The notes: generated by a model from the letters alone, not told the origin. A stretch of DNA of 64,000 nt from an uncultured Poribacteria bacterium (GCA_958296135.2 CATQHZ020000001.1:192001-256000); one strand, 5' to 3'. Positions 26,688 to 37,367 are shown, counted from the stretch's first letter. Numbers and translations: made by a program.

Positions 26688-28757
26688 ATGAAACAATACA
26701 GGACGGACCAGATCCGAAACATTGGCATCATCGCGCACTCCGGCGCGGGCAAGACATCCCTCGTTGAAGCGATGCTCTTCAACGGGGGAACCATTGAGCG
26801 CATGGGTGCCGTCGATAACGGAAATTCCGTTGCGGACTACGCCGACGACGAAATCGAACGCAAAACGACTCTCAACTGCTCCGTGTGTATCGCCGAGTGG
26901 GAAGGACAGAAACTCAATCTGATTGATACCCCCGGCGCAGCGGATTTTTACGGAGACCTGCACAGCGTCCTACGCATCGTCGATGCCGTCATCGTCGTCG
27001 TTGATGCAACAACCGGCGTTGAAGGCGGAACTGAAAAGGTCTGGGAGATAGCCGATAAGTATGAACTGCCACGGCTGATCTTTATCAATAAGATGGATAA
27101 AGAGAACGCCAGCTTTGAAAACGCACTCGCAAGCATCGAGGAGATTCTTGAGACACGGGCAGTCCCGATCCAACTGCCGATTGGGGAAGAGGCGCAGTTT
27201 TCGGGCATCGTTGACTTCGTGCAGATGGGCGCATTCCTGCAACCCGATAGCAGCAAGCGCACCGCCAAAACGGACATTCCAGAACCACTCGTAGCACCAG
27301 CCGAAGAAGCACGCGAAGCACTCGTGGAAGTCGCCGCCGAAAGCGACGACGCGCTAATCGAAAAGTTTTTTGAAGGCGAACTCTCCGACGAAGAAATTCA
27401 GACCGGCCTAAAAATAGGAATTTTCGAGAACCAGTTTGTCCCCGTACTCTGCGGCTCCGCCTTGGAGAATATCGGCGTGCAGCAAGTCATGGATATGCTG
27501 ATTAACTGCCTCCCGTCGCCCGTGGATGCCGGCGCAGTTGAAGGCATTGCTGATTCCGAAACGCGCGAACCCTCCACCGATGAACCGATGGCAGCCTTGG
27601 TGTTCAAAACCATCGCAGACCCGTTCGCGGGGCAATTGAGCTTCTTCCGCGTCTACTCCGGCACATTGCACGGAGATTCCCAAGTCAGCAATTCAACACG
27701 GGAACAGATAGAACGCCTCGGCAAGACAACGTTCATGAACGGGAATAGCCCGATTAACACGGCGCACGTCCAAGCAGGCGATATCGGCGCACTGACGAAA
27801 CTCTCTGTCACCCAAACCGGCGATACACTCTGTGATAGAGATGCACCGATTCAGCTACCCGGTGTTGAGTTCCCGCCATCGGTTATCTCTTACGCCATCC
27901 GGCCGACACGCGATGGCGAAGATGAAAAAATGATCAGCGCGCTCACCCGCATGTCCGAAGAAGACCCGGTTTTCAGAATCGAACGCGACGAAGAAACGAA
28001 GCAACTCCGCATCTCCGGACTCGGGGACCTGCACCTCACCGTCAACCGCGCACGGATGACTGATAAGTTCGGCGTGCAAACAGAGCTCTCGCCACCGAAA
28101 GTACCGTATCGCGAGACAATTCGCCGAAGCGTCCGGAACATCAACGGCAGACATAAACGGCAGTCTGGTGGTAGAGGGCAATTCGGCGATGTCTGGATTA
28201 ACCTCGCACCGGCTCAGCGCGGCGAAGGATTTGAATTTATCAATAACATTGTCGGCGGCTCCATTCCGCGCAACTATATCCCCGCGGTTGAGAAGGGCAT
28301 CCGTGAAAGAATGGAGCGAGGACTTGTCGCCGGGTATCCCGTGGTAGATCTCCAGATCGACCTTTACGATGGCAAGCATCACCCGGTGGACTCATCAGAT
28401 ATGGCGTTCCAGATCGCTGGTTCTATCGCCTTTGCGGAGGCAGCGGAACAGTCAGACCCGGCATTGCTGGAGCCGATCATGAACGTCACGATTACGGTGC
28501 CGGAGCAATTTATGGGGAGCATCATCGGCGACTTGAACGGCCGGCGTGGGCAGGTGATGGGAGTGGAGCAAATAGGCAAGCGGCAGGTAATCCAGGCGCA
28601 TGTACCGTTAGCGGAGATGCTTCGTTACTCGATCGACCTGAAATCGATGACGAGTGCGCGTGGCAGTTTCACGATGGAATTCGCGCGTTATGAAATCGCG
28701 CCGGATGATGTGGCGCAGAAAGTGATTACTGCTTCAAAGGCTGAAGCGGAGGAGTAA
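26688..28757 (+). CDS. fusA: Elongation factor G paralog (EF-G II-like)
   Basis: IRNIGIIAHSGAGKTS, DTPG, NKMD, GLGDLHL, QSGGRGQFG, VDSSDMAF. Divergent G1/G2 motifs suggest the second EF-G. Confidence 0.88.
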   Translation: MKQYRTDQIRNIGIIAHSGAGKTSLVEAMLFNGGTIERMGAVDNGNSVADYADDEIERKTTLNCSVCIAEWEGQKLNLIDTPGAADFYGDLHSVLRIVDAVIVVVDATTGVEGGTEKVWEIADKYELPRLIFINKMDKENASFENALASIEEILETRAVPIQLPIGEEAQFSGIVDFVQMGAFLQPDSSKRTAKTDIPEPLVAPAEEAREALVEVAAESDDALIEKFFEGELSDEEIQTGLKIGIFENQFVPVLCGSALENIGVQQVMDMLINCLPSPVDAGAVEGIADSETREPSTDEPMAALVFKTIADPFAGQLSFFRVYSGTLHGDSQVSNSTREQIERLGKTTFMNGNSPINTAHVQAGDIGALTKLSVTQTGDTLCDRDAPIQLPGVEFPPSVISYAIRPTRDGEDEKMISALTRMSEEDPVFRIERDEETKQLRISGLGDLHLTVNRARMTDKFGVQTELSPPKVPYRETIRRSVRNINGRHKRQSGGRGQFGDVWINLAPAQRGEGFEFINNIVGGSIPRNYIPAVEKGIRERMERGLVAGYPVVDLQIDLYDGKHHPVDSSDMAFQIAGSIAFAEAAEQSDPALLEPIMNVTITVPEQFMGSIIGDLNGRRGQVMGVEQIGKRQVIQAHVPLAEMLRYSIDLKSMTSARGSFTMEFARYEIAPDDVAQKVITASKAEAEE

Positions 28758-28774
28758 GTGATTTAGCGGAACGT

Positions 28775-29420
28775 CGCGCGGGGGCCCGGCGAGCGCGAAT
28801 CGCCGAGGGTTCCCCCCGCGATCCCCCGACCTGCCCGGAAACCGCCACTTATTACGTAGCGCGAGGGCCGTTACGCCGAAACGTTGTCATCTCTGCAGTC
28901 CCGCTGCAGAGATGTCCACTGTCCCTCGCGATCTCCCGACCTGAACGAAAAACGCCCGCAACCCAGAGGCCACGAACGCTTTCTAGTGCGATCGATGCAC
29001 GGCGAGGCACAGGACCTCGCCCTACGGTTTGAGCGGCACTTTTAGTCCCCGTAGCGCGACGGAAAACCTGTCCCTCGCGATCTCCCGACCTGAACGAAAA
29101 ACGCCTGCAGCCCAGCGGCCGCGGACGCTTTCTGATGCGATCGCTGCACGGCGAGGGCCTGTCCCCCGCGATCGCCTCTCACTACCGTAGCGCGAGGGCC
29201 TGTCCCTCGCGATCTCTCGACCTACGCGAAAACCGTCCGCAGCTCAGAGGCCCCGGACGGTTTTTCTTTAGACCGATGCCTGGCGAGGCACAGGACCTCG
29301 CCCTACGGGCTGCGGGGCCGCTTTGCTTCCGCTCATCGAAACGGAAAACGCCTGCAGCCCAGCGGCCGCGAACGTTTTTTGATGCGATCGAGCCTGGCGA
29401 GGCACAAGACCTCGCCCTAC
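28775..29420. repeat. REPIN/BIME-like array
   Basis: Same REP arms and linkers as 25884-26555. Confidence 0.88.
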
Positions 29421-29438
29421 GGTAACAGTGGCGTTTTC

Positions 29439-31985
29439 CTACTTCCGAATTACCAGCTTCCGCGTCGCCGAGAAATCTCCGGCCTGCAGCGTGTAGAAAT
29501 ACACGCCACTCGCAACCGGCTCTCCCTGTGCATTGCGGCCATCCCAATACGCGGCGCGGGACTTGCCCGAATATACGCCCGCCGGAACTTGGCCCAACTC
29601 CAAGGTGCGTACCAGTTTCCCATCCGATGCGTGAATCCTGACGGTGACCTCCGCAGCCTTTGCCAACTGATACGGTATCCACGTTTCCGGGTTAAACGGA
29701 TTCGGATAGTTGGCAAGCAGCGCGGTTTGTTTCGGCGTTAGACTTGCGAGGAGCTGCTGCAGCACGGCAATGCCGCGCCGATACACAGGGTTTGCGCTGT
29801 CCAGCCGTTGCGCCTGCGCGAGCCACTGTTGCACATCCGCCGCCCGTAGGAGAGACCTCCCGGTCTCGATTTCCCCTTGTAGGAGAGCCCTCCCTGTCTC
29901 GATGCTCCTCCCTGTCCCGATATGCCACCGCGCGAACCCCGGCGCGCCCGCTGCCTCCCCAAACGCCGCTGCCACCAACACCAAATCCTGAATGTTGACA
30001 ACGCCATCACCGTTGACATCAGCGGGATTATCTTCACTTGTCTGTCCGAACTGCGCGGCGACAAGCGTTAAGTCCAGAATGTCCACCACGCCATCGCCGT
30101 TGATATCTGCGGCGACTTGCACCGGTGTGGGTGCAGACGGTGCGATGTCCCAGAGGAGCACCGTGCCGTCCCAACTGCCAGTGGCGAGTGTGTTTCCATC
30201 GGGGCTGAACGCAACGCTCTCGACATCGTCCGTATGTCCGGTGAGTGTGTTTAGTGTGTCGCCGGTGACCACATCCCACAGACGGATGGTTTTGTCATAA
30301 CTCGCACTTGCGAGTGTGTTTCCATCTGGGCTGAACGCAACGCTCTCGACACCGTCCGTATGGCCGGCGAGTGTGTTTAGTGTGTCGCCGGTGACCACAT
30401 CCCACAGACGGATTTCTGCATAACTGCCACTTGCGAGTGTGTTTCCATCTGGGCTGAACGCAACGCTATAGACATACCAGGTATGGCCGGTGAGTGTTTG
30501 GCGTGTGTCGCCGGTGGCGACATCCCACAGCCGGATGGTGTAGTCCCAACTCGCACTTGCGAGAGTGTTTCCATCCGGGCTGAACGCAACGCTATTGACA
30601 CTAGAGGTATGGCCGGTGAGTGTGTTTAGTGTGTCGCCGGTGACGACATCCCACAGACGGACGGTGCTCCCACTCCCACTTGCGAGCGTGTTTCCATCCG
30701 GGCTGAACGCAACGCTATTGACACTAGAGGTATGGCCGGTGAGTGTTTGGCGTGTGTCGCCGGTGGCGACATCCCACAGACGGACGGTTCTGTCATAACT
30801 CGCACTTGCGAGTGTGTTTCCATCTGGGCTGAACGCAACGCTAACGACATCCCAGGTATGTCCGGCGAGTGTGTTTAGTGTGTCGCCGGTGGCCACATCC
30901 CACAGCCGGACGGTGTCGTCATAACTCGCACTTGCGAGTGTGTTTCCATCCGGGCTGAACGCAACGCTATAGACACCGCTCGTATGGCCGGTGAGTGTGT
31001 TTAGTGTGTCGCCGGTGGCGACATCCCACAGACGGACGGTGTCGTCCCAACTGCCACTTGCGAGCGTGTTTCCATCGGGGCTGAACGCAACGCTTCTGAC
31101 CCAGTCCGTATGTCCGGTGAGTGTGTTTAGTGTCTCGCCGGTGGCGACATCCCACAGCCGGACGGTGTCGTCCCCACTCGCACTTGCGAGCGTGTTTCCA
31201 TCAGGGCTGAACGCAACGCTATAGACATTGTCCGTATGGCCGGTGAGTGTGTTTAGTGTGTCGCCGGTGACCACATCCCACAGACGGACGGTGTCGTCCC
31301 CACTCGCACTTGCGAGTGTGTTTCCATCCGGGCTGAACGCAACGCTATAGACACCGCTCGTATGGCCGGTGAGTGTGTTTAGTGTGTCGCCGGTGGCGAC
31401 ATCCCACAGACGGACGGAGCCGTCCCAACTGCCACTTGCGAGCGTGTTTCCATCGGGGCTGAACGCAACGCTTCTGACCCAGTCCGTATGGCCGGTGAGT
31501 GTGTTTAGTGTGTCGCCGGTGACCACATCCCACAGACGGACGGTGTCGTCCCAACTGCCACTTGCGAGTGTGTTTCCATCCGGGCTGAACGCAACGCTCC
31601 TGACATTGCCCGTATGTCCGGTGAGTGTGTTTAGTGTCTCGCCGGTGGCGACATCCCACAGACGGACGGTGTCGTCCCAACTGCCACTTGCGAGTGTGTT
31701 TCCATCGGGACTGAACGCAACGCTAATGACAGAGCCCGTATGGCCGGTGAGCAGTGCTACTTCTTGGTAAGTTGCGGTATCGTAGAGCCAAATCCCGATG
31801 GAACTTGCAACCGCTAGCAGGGTGCCATCGGGAGAATACACAATCTCGTTGATCCAGCCTTTGCCGAGGCGTAAGGTTGCACCTTCGGGTAAGTGCCACT
31901 GTGGAGAATCTTGGGCGGTGGCGGGTGTCAGTGCCAAGGTGGCGGTTAATAGCAGGGTTAAGGTTAAAAGCGTTAATGTTTTCAT
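29439..31985 (-). CDS. Secreted WD40-repeat protein with dockerin-like and C-terminal FlgD-Ig/T9SS-like domain (paralog 1)
   Basis: Signal peptide, 13 near-identical GHT..V.SVAFSPDGNTLAS..WD repeats plus one degenerate repeat, DINGDGVVDILD/DVNGDGVVNIQD, NYPNPFNP...SGVYFY. Confidence 0.92.
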   Translation of the reverse strand: MKTLTLLTLTLLLTATLALTPATAQDSPQWHLPEGATLRLGKGWINEIVYSPDGTLLAVASSIGIWLYDTATYQEVALLTGHTGSVISVAFSPDGNTLASGSWDDTVRLWDVATGETLNTLTGHTGNVRSVAFSPDGNTLASGSWDDTVRLWDVVTGDTLNTLTGHTDWVRSVAFSPDGNTLASGSWDGSVRLWDVATGDTLNTLTGHTSGVYSVAFSPDGNTLASASGDDTVRLWDVVTGDTLNTLTGHTDNVYSVAFSPDGNTLASASGDDTVRLWDVATGETLNTLTGHTDWVRSVAFSPDGNTLASGSWDDTVRLWDVATGDTLNTLTGHTSGVYSVAFSPDGNTLASASYDDTVRLWDVATGDTLNTLAGHTWDVVSVAFSPDGNTLASASYDRTVRLWDVATGDTRQTLTGHTSSVNSVAFSPDGNTLASGSGSTVRLWDVVTGDTLNTLTGHTSSVNSVAFSPDGNTLASASWDYTIRLWDVATGDTRQTLTGHTWYVYSVAFSPDGNTLASGSYAEIRLWDVVTGDTLNTLAGHTDGVESVAFSPDGNTLASASYDKTIRLWDVVTGDTLNTLTGHTDDVESVAFSPDGNTLATGSWDGTVLLWDIAPSAPTPVQVAADINGDGVVDILDLTLVAAQFGQTSEDNPADVNGDGVVNIQDLVLVAAAFGEAAGAPGFARWHIGTGRSIETGRALLQGEIETGRSLLRAADVQQWLAQAQRLDSANPVYRRGIAVLQQLLASLTPKQTALLANYPNPFNPETWIPYQLAKAAEVTVRIHASDGKLVRTLELGQVPAGVYSGKSRAAYWDGRNAQGEPVASGVYFYTLQAGDFSATRKLVIRK

Positions 31986-32149
31986 TGGATTTCTCCTTTT
32001 GGGTATCGGGACCAGATGTCCCTCTTACTGAGTTGTGGGCGGGCTGGTGTGCCTGCCCGTGTGTTGCGTCTCATCTTGGACAGATTGTAGCAGCTGCCGC
32101 GTTTTTTTTGTCAACGTATTTTTGAGAACAATCGAAAACCGCCGCTTTC

Positions 32150-32560
32150 ACCGTAGGGCGAGGGAAAACCCGGCGCGCGCGAATCGGCGCGGGTTCCCCC
32201 CGCGAACGCCCGACCTGCCCGGAAAACGCCTGCAGCCCCGCGGCCGCGAAGGCTTTCTGATGCGACCGATGCCTGGCGAGGGACAGGCCCTCGCCCTACG
32301 GGCTGCGGGGCGATTTGCCTCTCACTACCGTAGCGCGAGGGCCGTCACGCCGAAACGCTATCATCTCTGCAGCCTCGCTGCAGAGATGTCCACTGTCCCT
32401 CGCGATCCCTCAACGAAACGGAAACCGTCCCTTTCACCGTAGCGCGGTGGCCTGTCCGCCGCGATCCCTCGACCTGAACGAAAAACGCCCGCAACCCTGA
32501 GGCCGCGGACGCTTTCTGATGCGATCGATGCATGGCGAGGCACAGGACCTCGCCCTACGG
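32150..32560. repeat. REPIN/BIME-like array between the WD40 paralogs
   Basis: Same REP family as the other arrays. Confidence 0.85.
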
Positions 32561-32576
32561 TAACAGTGGCGTTTTC

Positions 32577-35123
32577 CTACTTCCGTATCACCATCTTTCG
32601 CGTCGCCGAGAAATCACCCGCGGACAGCGTGTAGAAATACACGCCACTCGCAACCGGCTCTCCCTGCGCATTGCGGCCATCCCAATACGCGGCGCGGGAC
32701 TTGCCCGAATATACGCCAGCCGGAACTTGGCCCACCTCCAAGGTGCGTACCAGTTTCCCATCCGATGCGTGAATCCTGACGGTGACCTCTGCGGCCTGTG
32801 CCAATGCATACGGTATCCACGTTTCCGGGTTGAACGGATTCGGATAGTTGGCAAGCAATGCGGTTTGTTTCGGCGTTAGACTTGCGAGGAGCTGCTGCAG
32901 CACGGCAATGCCGCGTTGATACGCAGGGTTTGCGAGATCTAGCCGTTGCGCCTGCGCGAGCCACTGTTGCACATCCGCCGCCCGTAGGAGAGACCTCCCG
33001 GTCTCGATTTCCCCTTGTAGGAGAGCCCTCCCTGTCTCGATGCTCCCTGTCCCGATATGCCCCTGCGCGAACCCCGGCGCGCCAGCTGCCTCCCCAAAGG
33101 CCCCCGCCACCAACACCAGATCCTGAATGTTGACAACGCCATCGCCGTTGACATCGGCCGGATTGTCTGCACTTGTCTGTCCGAACTGCGCGGCGACAAG
33201 CGTTAAGTCCAGAATGTCCACCACGCCATCGCCGTTGATATCTGCGGCGATTTGCACCGGTGTGGGTGCAGACGGTGCAATGTCCCAGAGGAGCACGGTG
33301 CCATCATCACTGCTACTGGCGAGTGTGTTTCCATCGGGGCTGAACGCAACGCTCCAGACATAGTGCGTATGTCCGGTGAGTGTGTTTAGTGTGTCGCCGG
33401 TGACCACATCCCACAGCCGGACGGTGTCGTCCTCACTCGCACTGGCGAGCGTGTTTCCATCGGGGCTGAACGCAACGCTAAAGACATTGTCCGTATGTCC
33501 GGTGAGTGTGTTTAGTGTGTCGCCGGTGACGACATCCCACAGACGGACGGTGCTCCCACTCCCACTTGCGAGCGTGTTTCCATCTGGGCTGAACGCAACG
33601 CTATTGACACTAGAGGTATGTCCGGTGAGTGTTTGGCGTGTGTCGCCGGTGGCGACATCCCACAGACGGACGGTGGTGTCCCTACTCGCACTTGCGAGTG
33701 TGTTTCCATCCGGGCTGAACGCAACGCTCCTGACATTGCCCGTATGTCCGGTGAGTGTTTGGCGTGTATTGCCGGTGGCGATATCCCACAGACGGAGGGT
33801 TTCGTCCGAACTCGCACTGGCGAGCGTGTGTCCATCAGGGCTGAACGCAACGCTCCTGACACCGCCCGTATGGCCGGTGAGTGTGTTTAGTGTGTCGCCG
33901 GTGGCCACATCCCACAGCCGGACGGTGTCGTCCCAACTGCCACTTGCGAGTGTGTTTCCATCTGGGCTGAACGCAACGCTCCAGACATAGTGCGTATGGC
34001 CGGTGAGTGTGTTTAGTGTGTCGCCGGTGGCGACATCCCACAGCCGGACGGTGTTGTCCTCACTCCCATCACTTGCGAGTGTGTTTCCATCCGGGCTGAA
34101 CGCAACGCTCCAGACCCAGCGCGTATGGCCGGTGAGTGTTTGGCGTGTTTCACCGGTGGCCACATCCCACAGCCGGACGGTGGTGTCAAAACTCCTACTT
34201 GCGAGTGTGTTTCCATCGGGGCTGAACGCAACGCTAATGACATTGTCCGTATGGCCGGTGAGTGTTTGGCGTGTCTCGCCGGTGACCACATCCCACAGCC
34301 GGACGGTGTAGTCCGCACTCGCACTTGCGAGTGTGTTTCCATCCGGGCTGAACGCAACGCTATAGACATTCAAGGTATGTCCGGTGAGTGTGTTTAGTGT
34401 GTCGCCGGTGGCGACATCCCACAGACGGACGGTGGTGTCCCTACTCGCACTTGCGAGTGTGTTTCCATCCGGGCTGAACGCAACGCTATAGACCCAGTGC
34501 GTATGTCCGGTGAGTGTTTGGCGTGTATCGCCGGTGGCGACATCCCACAGACGGATGGTTTCGTCCCAACTGCCACTTGCGAGTGTGTTTCCATCGGGAC
34601 TGAACGCAACGCTAGAGACCACCCAGGTATGTCCGGCGAGTGTGTTTAGTGTGTCGCCGGTGGCCACATCCCACAGCCGGACGGTGTCAAAACTCCCACT
34701 TGCGAGCGTGTTTCCATCCGGGCTGAACGCAACGCTAATGACATTGTCCGTATGGCCGGTGAGTGTTTGGCGTGTGTCGCCGGTGGCGACATCCCACAGC
34801 CGGACGGTGTTGTCATCACTCGCACTTGCGAGCGTGTTTCCATCCGGGCTGAACGCAACGCTCAAGACAACGCCCGTATGCCCAGTGAGCAGTGCCACTT
34901 CTTGGTAAGTTGCGGTATCGTAGAGCCAAATCCCGATGGAACTCGCAACCGCTAGCAGGGTGCCATCGGGAGAATACGCAATCTCGCGGATGCGGCCTTT
35001 GCCGAGGCGTAAGGTGGCCCCTTCGGGTAAGTGCCACTGTGGAGAATCTTGGGCGGTGGCGGGTGTCAGTGCCATCGCGGCGGTTAATAGCAGGGTTAAG
35101 GTTAAAAGCGTTAATGTTTTCAT
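32577..35123 (-). CDS. Secreted WD40-repeat protein with dockerin-like and FlgD-Ig/T9SS-like domain (paralog 2)
   Basis: Same architecture and length (848 aa) as 29439..31985. Confidence 0.92.
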   Translation of the reverse strand: MKTLTLLTLTLLLTAAMALTPATAQDSPQWHLPEGATLRLGKGRIREIAYSPDGTLLAVASSIGIWLYDTATYQEVALLTGHTGVVLSVAFSPDGNTLASASDDNTVRLWDVATGDTRQTLTGHTDNVISVAFSPDGNTLASGSFDTVRLWDVATGDTLNTLAGHTWVVSSVAFSPDGNTLASGSWDETIRLWDVATGDTRQTLTGHTHWVYSVAFSPDGNTLASASRDTTVRLWDVATGDTLNTLTGHTLNVYSVAFSPDGNTLASASADYTVRLWDVVTGETRQTLTGHTDNVISVAFSPDGNTLASRSFDTTVRLWDVATGETRQTLTGHTRWVWSVAFSPDGNTLASDGSEDNTVRLWDVATGDTLNTLTGHTHYVWSVAFSPDGNTLASGSWDDTVRLWDVATGDTLNTLTGHTGGVRSVAFSPDGHTLASASSDETLRLWDIATGNTRQTLTGHTGNVRSVAFSPDGNTLASASRDTTVRLWDVATGDTRQTLTGHTSSVNSVAFSPDGNTLASGSGSTVRLWDVVTGDTLNTLTGHTDNVFSVAFSPDGNTLASASEDDTVRLWDVVTGDTLNTLTGHTHYVWSVAFSPDGNTLASSSDDGTVLLWDIAPSAPTPVQIAADINGDGVVDILDLTLVAAQFGQTSADNPADVNGDGVVNIQDLVLVAGAFGEAAGAPGFAQGHIGTGSIETGRALLQGEIETGRSLLRAADVQQWLAQAQRLDLANPAYQRGIAVLQQLLASLTPKQTALLANYPNPFNPETWIPYALAQAAEVTVRIHASDGKLVRTLEVGQVPAGVYSGKSRAAYWDGRNAQGEPVASGVYFYTLSAGDFSATRKMVIRK

Positions 35124-35287
35124 TGGATTTCTCCTTTTGGGTATCGGGACCAGATGTCCCTCTTACTGAGTTGTGGGCGGGCTGGTGTGCCTGCCCGTGT
35201 GTTGCGTCTCATCTTGGACAGATTGTAGCAGCTGCCGCGTTTTTTTGTCAACGTATTTTTGAGAACAATCGAGAACCGCCGCTTTCA

Positions 35288-35795
35288 CCGTGGGGCGAGG
35301 GGAAACCCGGCGCGCGCGAATCGCCGAGGGTTCCCCCCGCGAACGCCCGACCTGCCCGGAAACCGCTTACAACCCCGCGGCCGCGAAGGCTTTCTGATGC
35401 GATCGAGCCTGGCGAGGCACAGGACCTCGCCCTACGGTTTGAGCGGCATTTTTAGTCCCCGTAGCGCGAGGGCCGTTACGCCGAAACGTTGTCCTCTCTG
35501 CCGCCTCGCTGCAGAGATGTCCACTGTCCCTCGCGATCCCTCGACCTGAACGAAAAACGCCCGCAGCCCAGCGGCCGCGAACGTTTTTTGATGCGATCGC
35601 TGCACGGCGAGGCACAAGACCTCGCCCTACGGTTTGAGCGGCATTTTTAGTCCCCGTAGCGCGAGGGCCTGTCCCTCGCGATCCTCCGACCTGACTGGAA
35701 AACGGCCTTTTCACCGTAGCGCGAGGGAAAACCCGGCGATCGCGAATCGCCGAGGGTTCCCCCCGCGAACGCCCGACCGGCACGAAAAACGTCCG
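35288..35795. repeat. REPIN/BIME-like array
   Basis: Same REP family as the other arrays. Confidence 0.85.
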
Positions 35796-35858
35796 AAGCC
35801 CAAGACTCTTGAACGTAGTTGTTCAGGGCTAAGTCACGGTGCTCGGCCCTGAAATTAC

Positions 35859-37277
35859 CTACCCATCCAGATGGAAAATCGCCATCTTCACCTCGGTCAT
35901 CTCCTCAATCGCGTACTTCGGACCCTCTTTGCCCATCCCGCTCTCTTTGATACCGCCATACGGCATCAAATCGGCGCGCCACTGCGTACCCCAGTTTACC
36001 ATCAAGTTGCCAGACTCTACCTCGCGCACGAACCGCATCGCCCAATCGACGTTCTGCGTGAAAATCGCCGCGCTCAACCCGTAATGCGTATCGTTGGCGA
36101 GGGCAATCGCCTCGTCGATATCGTTGACGCGCGTCACGCCGACAGCCGGCCCGAAGACTTCATCGCAGGAAATTTTCATCTCCGGTTTAACGTTGGCGAG
36201 GATAGCGGGGGTGACAAACTGAGCCTGCTTCTCGCCGCCGGTGAGCAGTTCAGCACCGTCAGAGACTGCTTCCTGAATCCATTCGCTGACGCGCGCCGCG
36301 TCCGTTTCGCGAATCATCGGCCCCATGCGGACACCCTCCTCCAACGGGTTACCGATGCCGATTTGCGCAACTTCGGCTTGGAACGCATCCAAGAAATCAC
36401 CGTAGATTTTCTCGTGCGCGATGACGCGCTGCGTTGAGATACACACCTGTCCAGCGTTAGAATAGCCGGATGCTGCAGCAGCGCGGGCAACCTTCCCCGG
36501 GTCCGCGTCCGGCATCACGATGAGCGGCGAATTGGAACCGAGCTCCATCGTGACGCGCTTCAACCCGGCAGTGTGACAGATGCGTTCGCCGATGTCGCGG
36601 CTGCCCGTGAAGGTAATCTTTCGGACGCGCCGATCGGCACAGAGGGCATCGCCGATGTCGCCGCCGGGGCCCGTCAAACACTGAATCGCCTCGGGCGGCG
36701 TGCCTGCCTCTAAAAAGAGTTCTACCAATTTCAACGCCGAGAGCGGGGTATCGGTGGCAGGTTTGATGATAATCGCGTTGCCGCCGGCGATGGCCGGACC
36801 CGCTTTGTGGCAGACGAGATGCAGTGGGAAGTTGAACGGGCTAATCCCGACGACGATGCCGCACGGCACTCGCACGGTGAAGCCGAGTCTGCCTTTCACG
36901 CCAGGCGCGCCTTCAAGCGGAATCGTTTCGCCGGTTAAGCGTTTTGATTCTTCGGCCGAGAGCGCGATGATCTCCGACGCGCGCGTCGCCTCAATCGTCG
37001 CTTCTGCCAATATCTTGCCCTCTTCCCGGGTGATGACTTCGGCGAGCTCCGCAGAACGTGCCACCATCAAGTCAGCGACTTTGCGCAGGATTTCATACCG
37101 TTCATAGCCGGTTAACCCTGCCATGATTTTCGCGCCGCGCTCAGCGGTTTGAAGCGCAGTCTCCACGTCACCTGCATCGCCACGCGGGACAGTATCGACA
37201 ACCGAGCCGTCAAAAGGACTCAGGACATCAATTTTATTGGATTTGTCAATCCATTCTCCACCTACATGCATTCGCAT
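35859..37277 (-). CDS. Aldehyde dehydrogenase family protein
   Basis: ISPFNFP, FTGS, MELG, NAGQVCIS, EVFGP, PYGGIKESG. Confidence 0.92.
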   Translation of the reverse strand: MRMHVGGEWIDKSNKIDVLSPFDGSVVDTVPRGDAGDVETALQTAERGAKIMAGLTGYERYEILRKVADLMVARSAELAEVITREEGKILAEATIEATRASEIIALSAEESKRLTGETIPLEGAPGVKGRLGFTVRVPCGIVVGISPFNFPLHLVCHKAGPAIAGGNAIIIKPATDTPLSALKLVELFLEAGTPPEAIQCLTGPGGDIGDALCADRRVRKITFTGSRDIGERICHTAGLKRVTMELGSNSPLIVMPDADPGKVARAAAASGYSNAGQVCISTQRVIAHEKIYGDFLDAFQAEVAQIGIGNPLEEGVRMGPMIRETDAARVSEWIQEAVSDGAELLTGGEKQAQFVTPAILANVKPEMKISCDEVFGPAVGVTRVNDIDEAIALANDTHYGLSAAIFTQNVDWAMRFVREVESGNLMVNWGTQWRADLMPYGGIKESGMGKEGPKYAIEEMTEVKMAIFHLDG

Positions 37278-37340
37278 AATTCCGTTTTCCTCCGTTTTTG
37301 GTCTGGACAGACACATACACACATACTGCCAGTATGTGTG

Positions 37341-37367
37341 GTAGACGCGGTTTCCAACCGCGCCTAC
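37341..37367. repeat. REP palindrome GTAG(G/A)CGCGGTTTCCAACCGCGCCTAC (related copies near 38970, 51493, 59441, 62551)
   Basis: Recurrent intergenic hairpin bounded by GTAG/CTAC. Confidence 0.65.

Noticed and set aside
29439-35123. Diversity-generating retroelement target
   Set aside because: No reverse transcriptase or template repeat in the window, and the variation is not adenine-specific.
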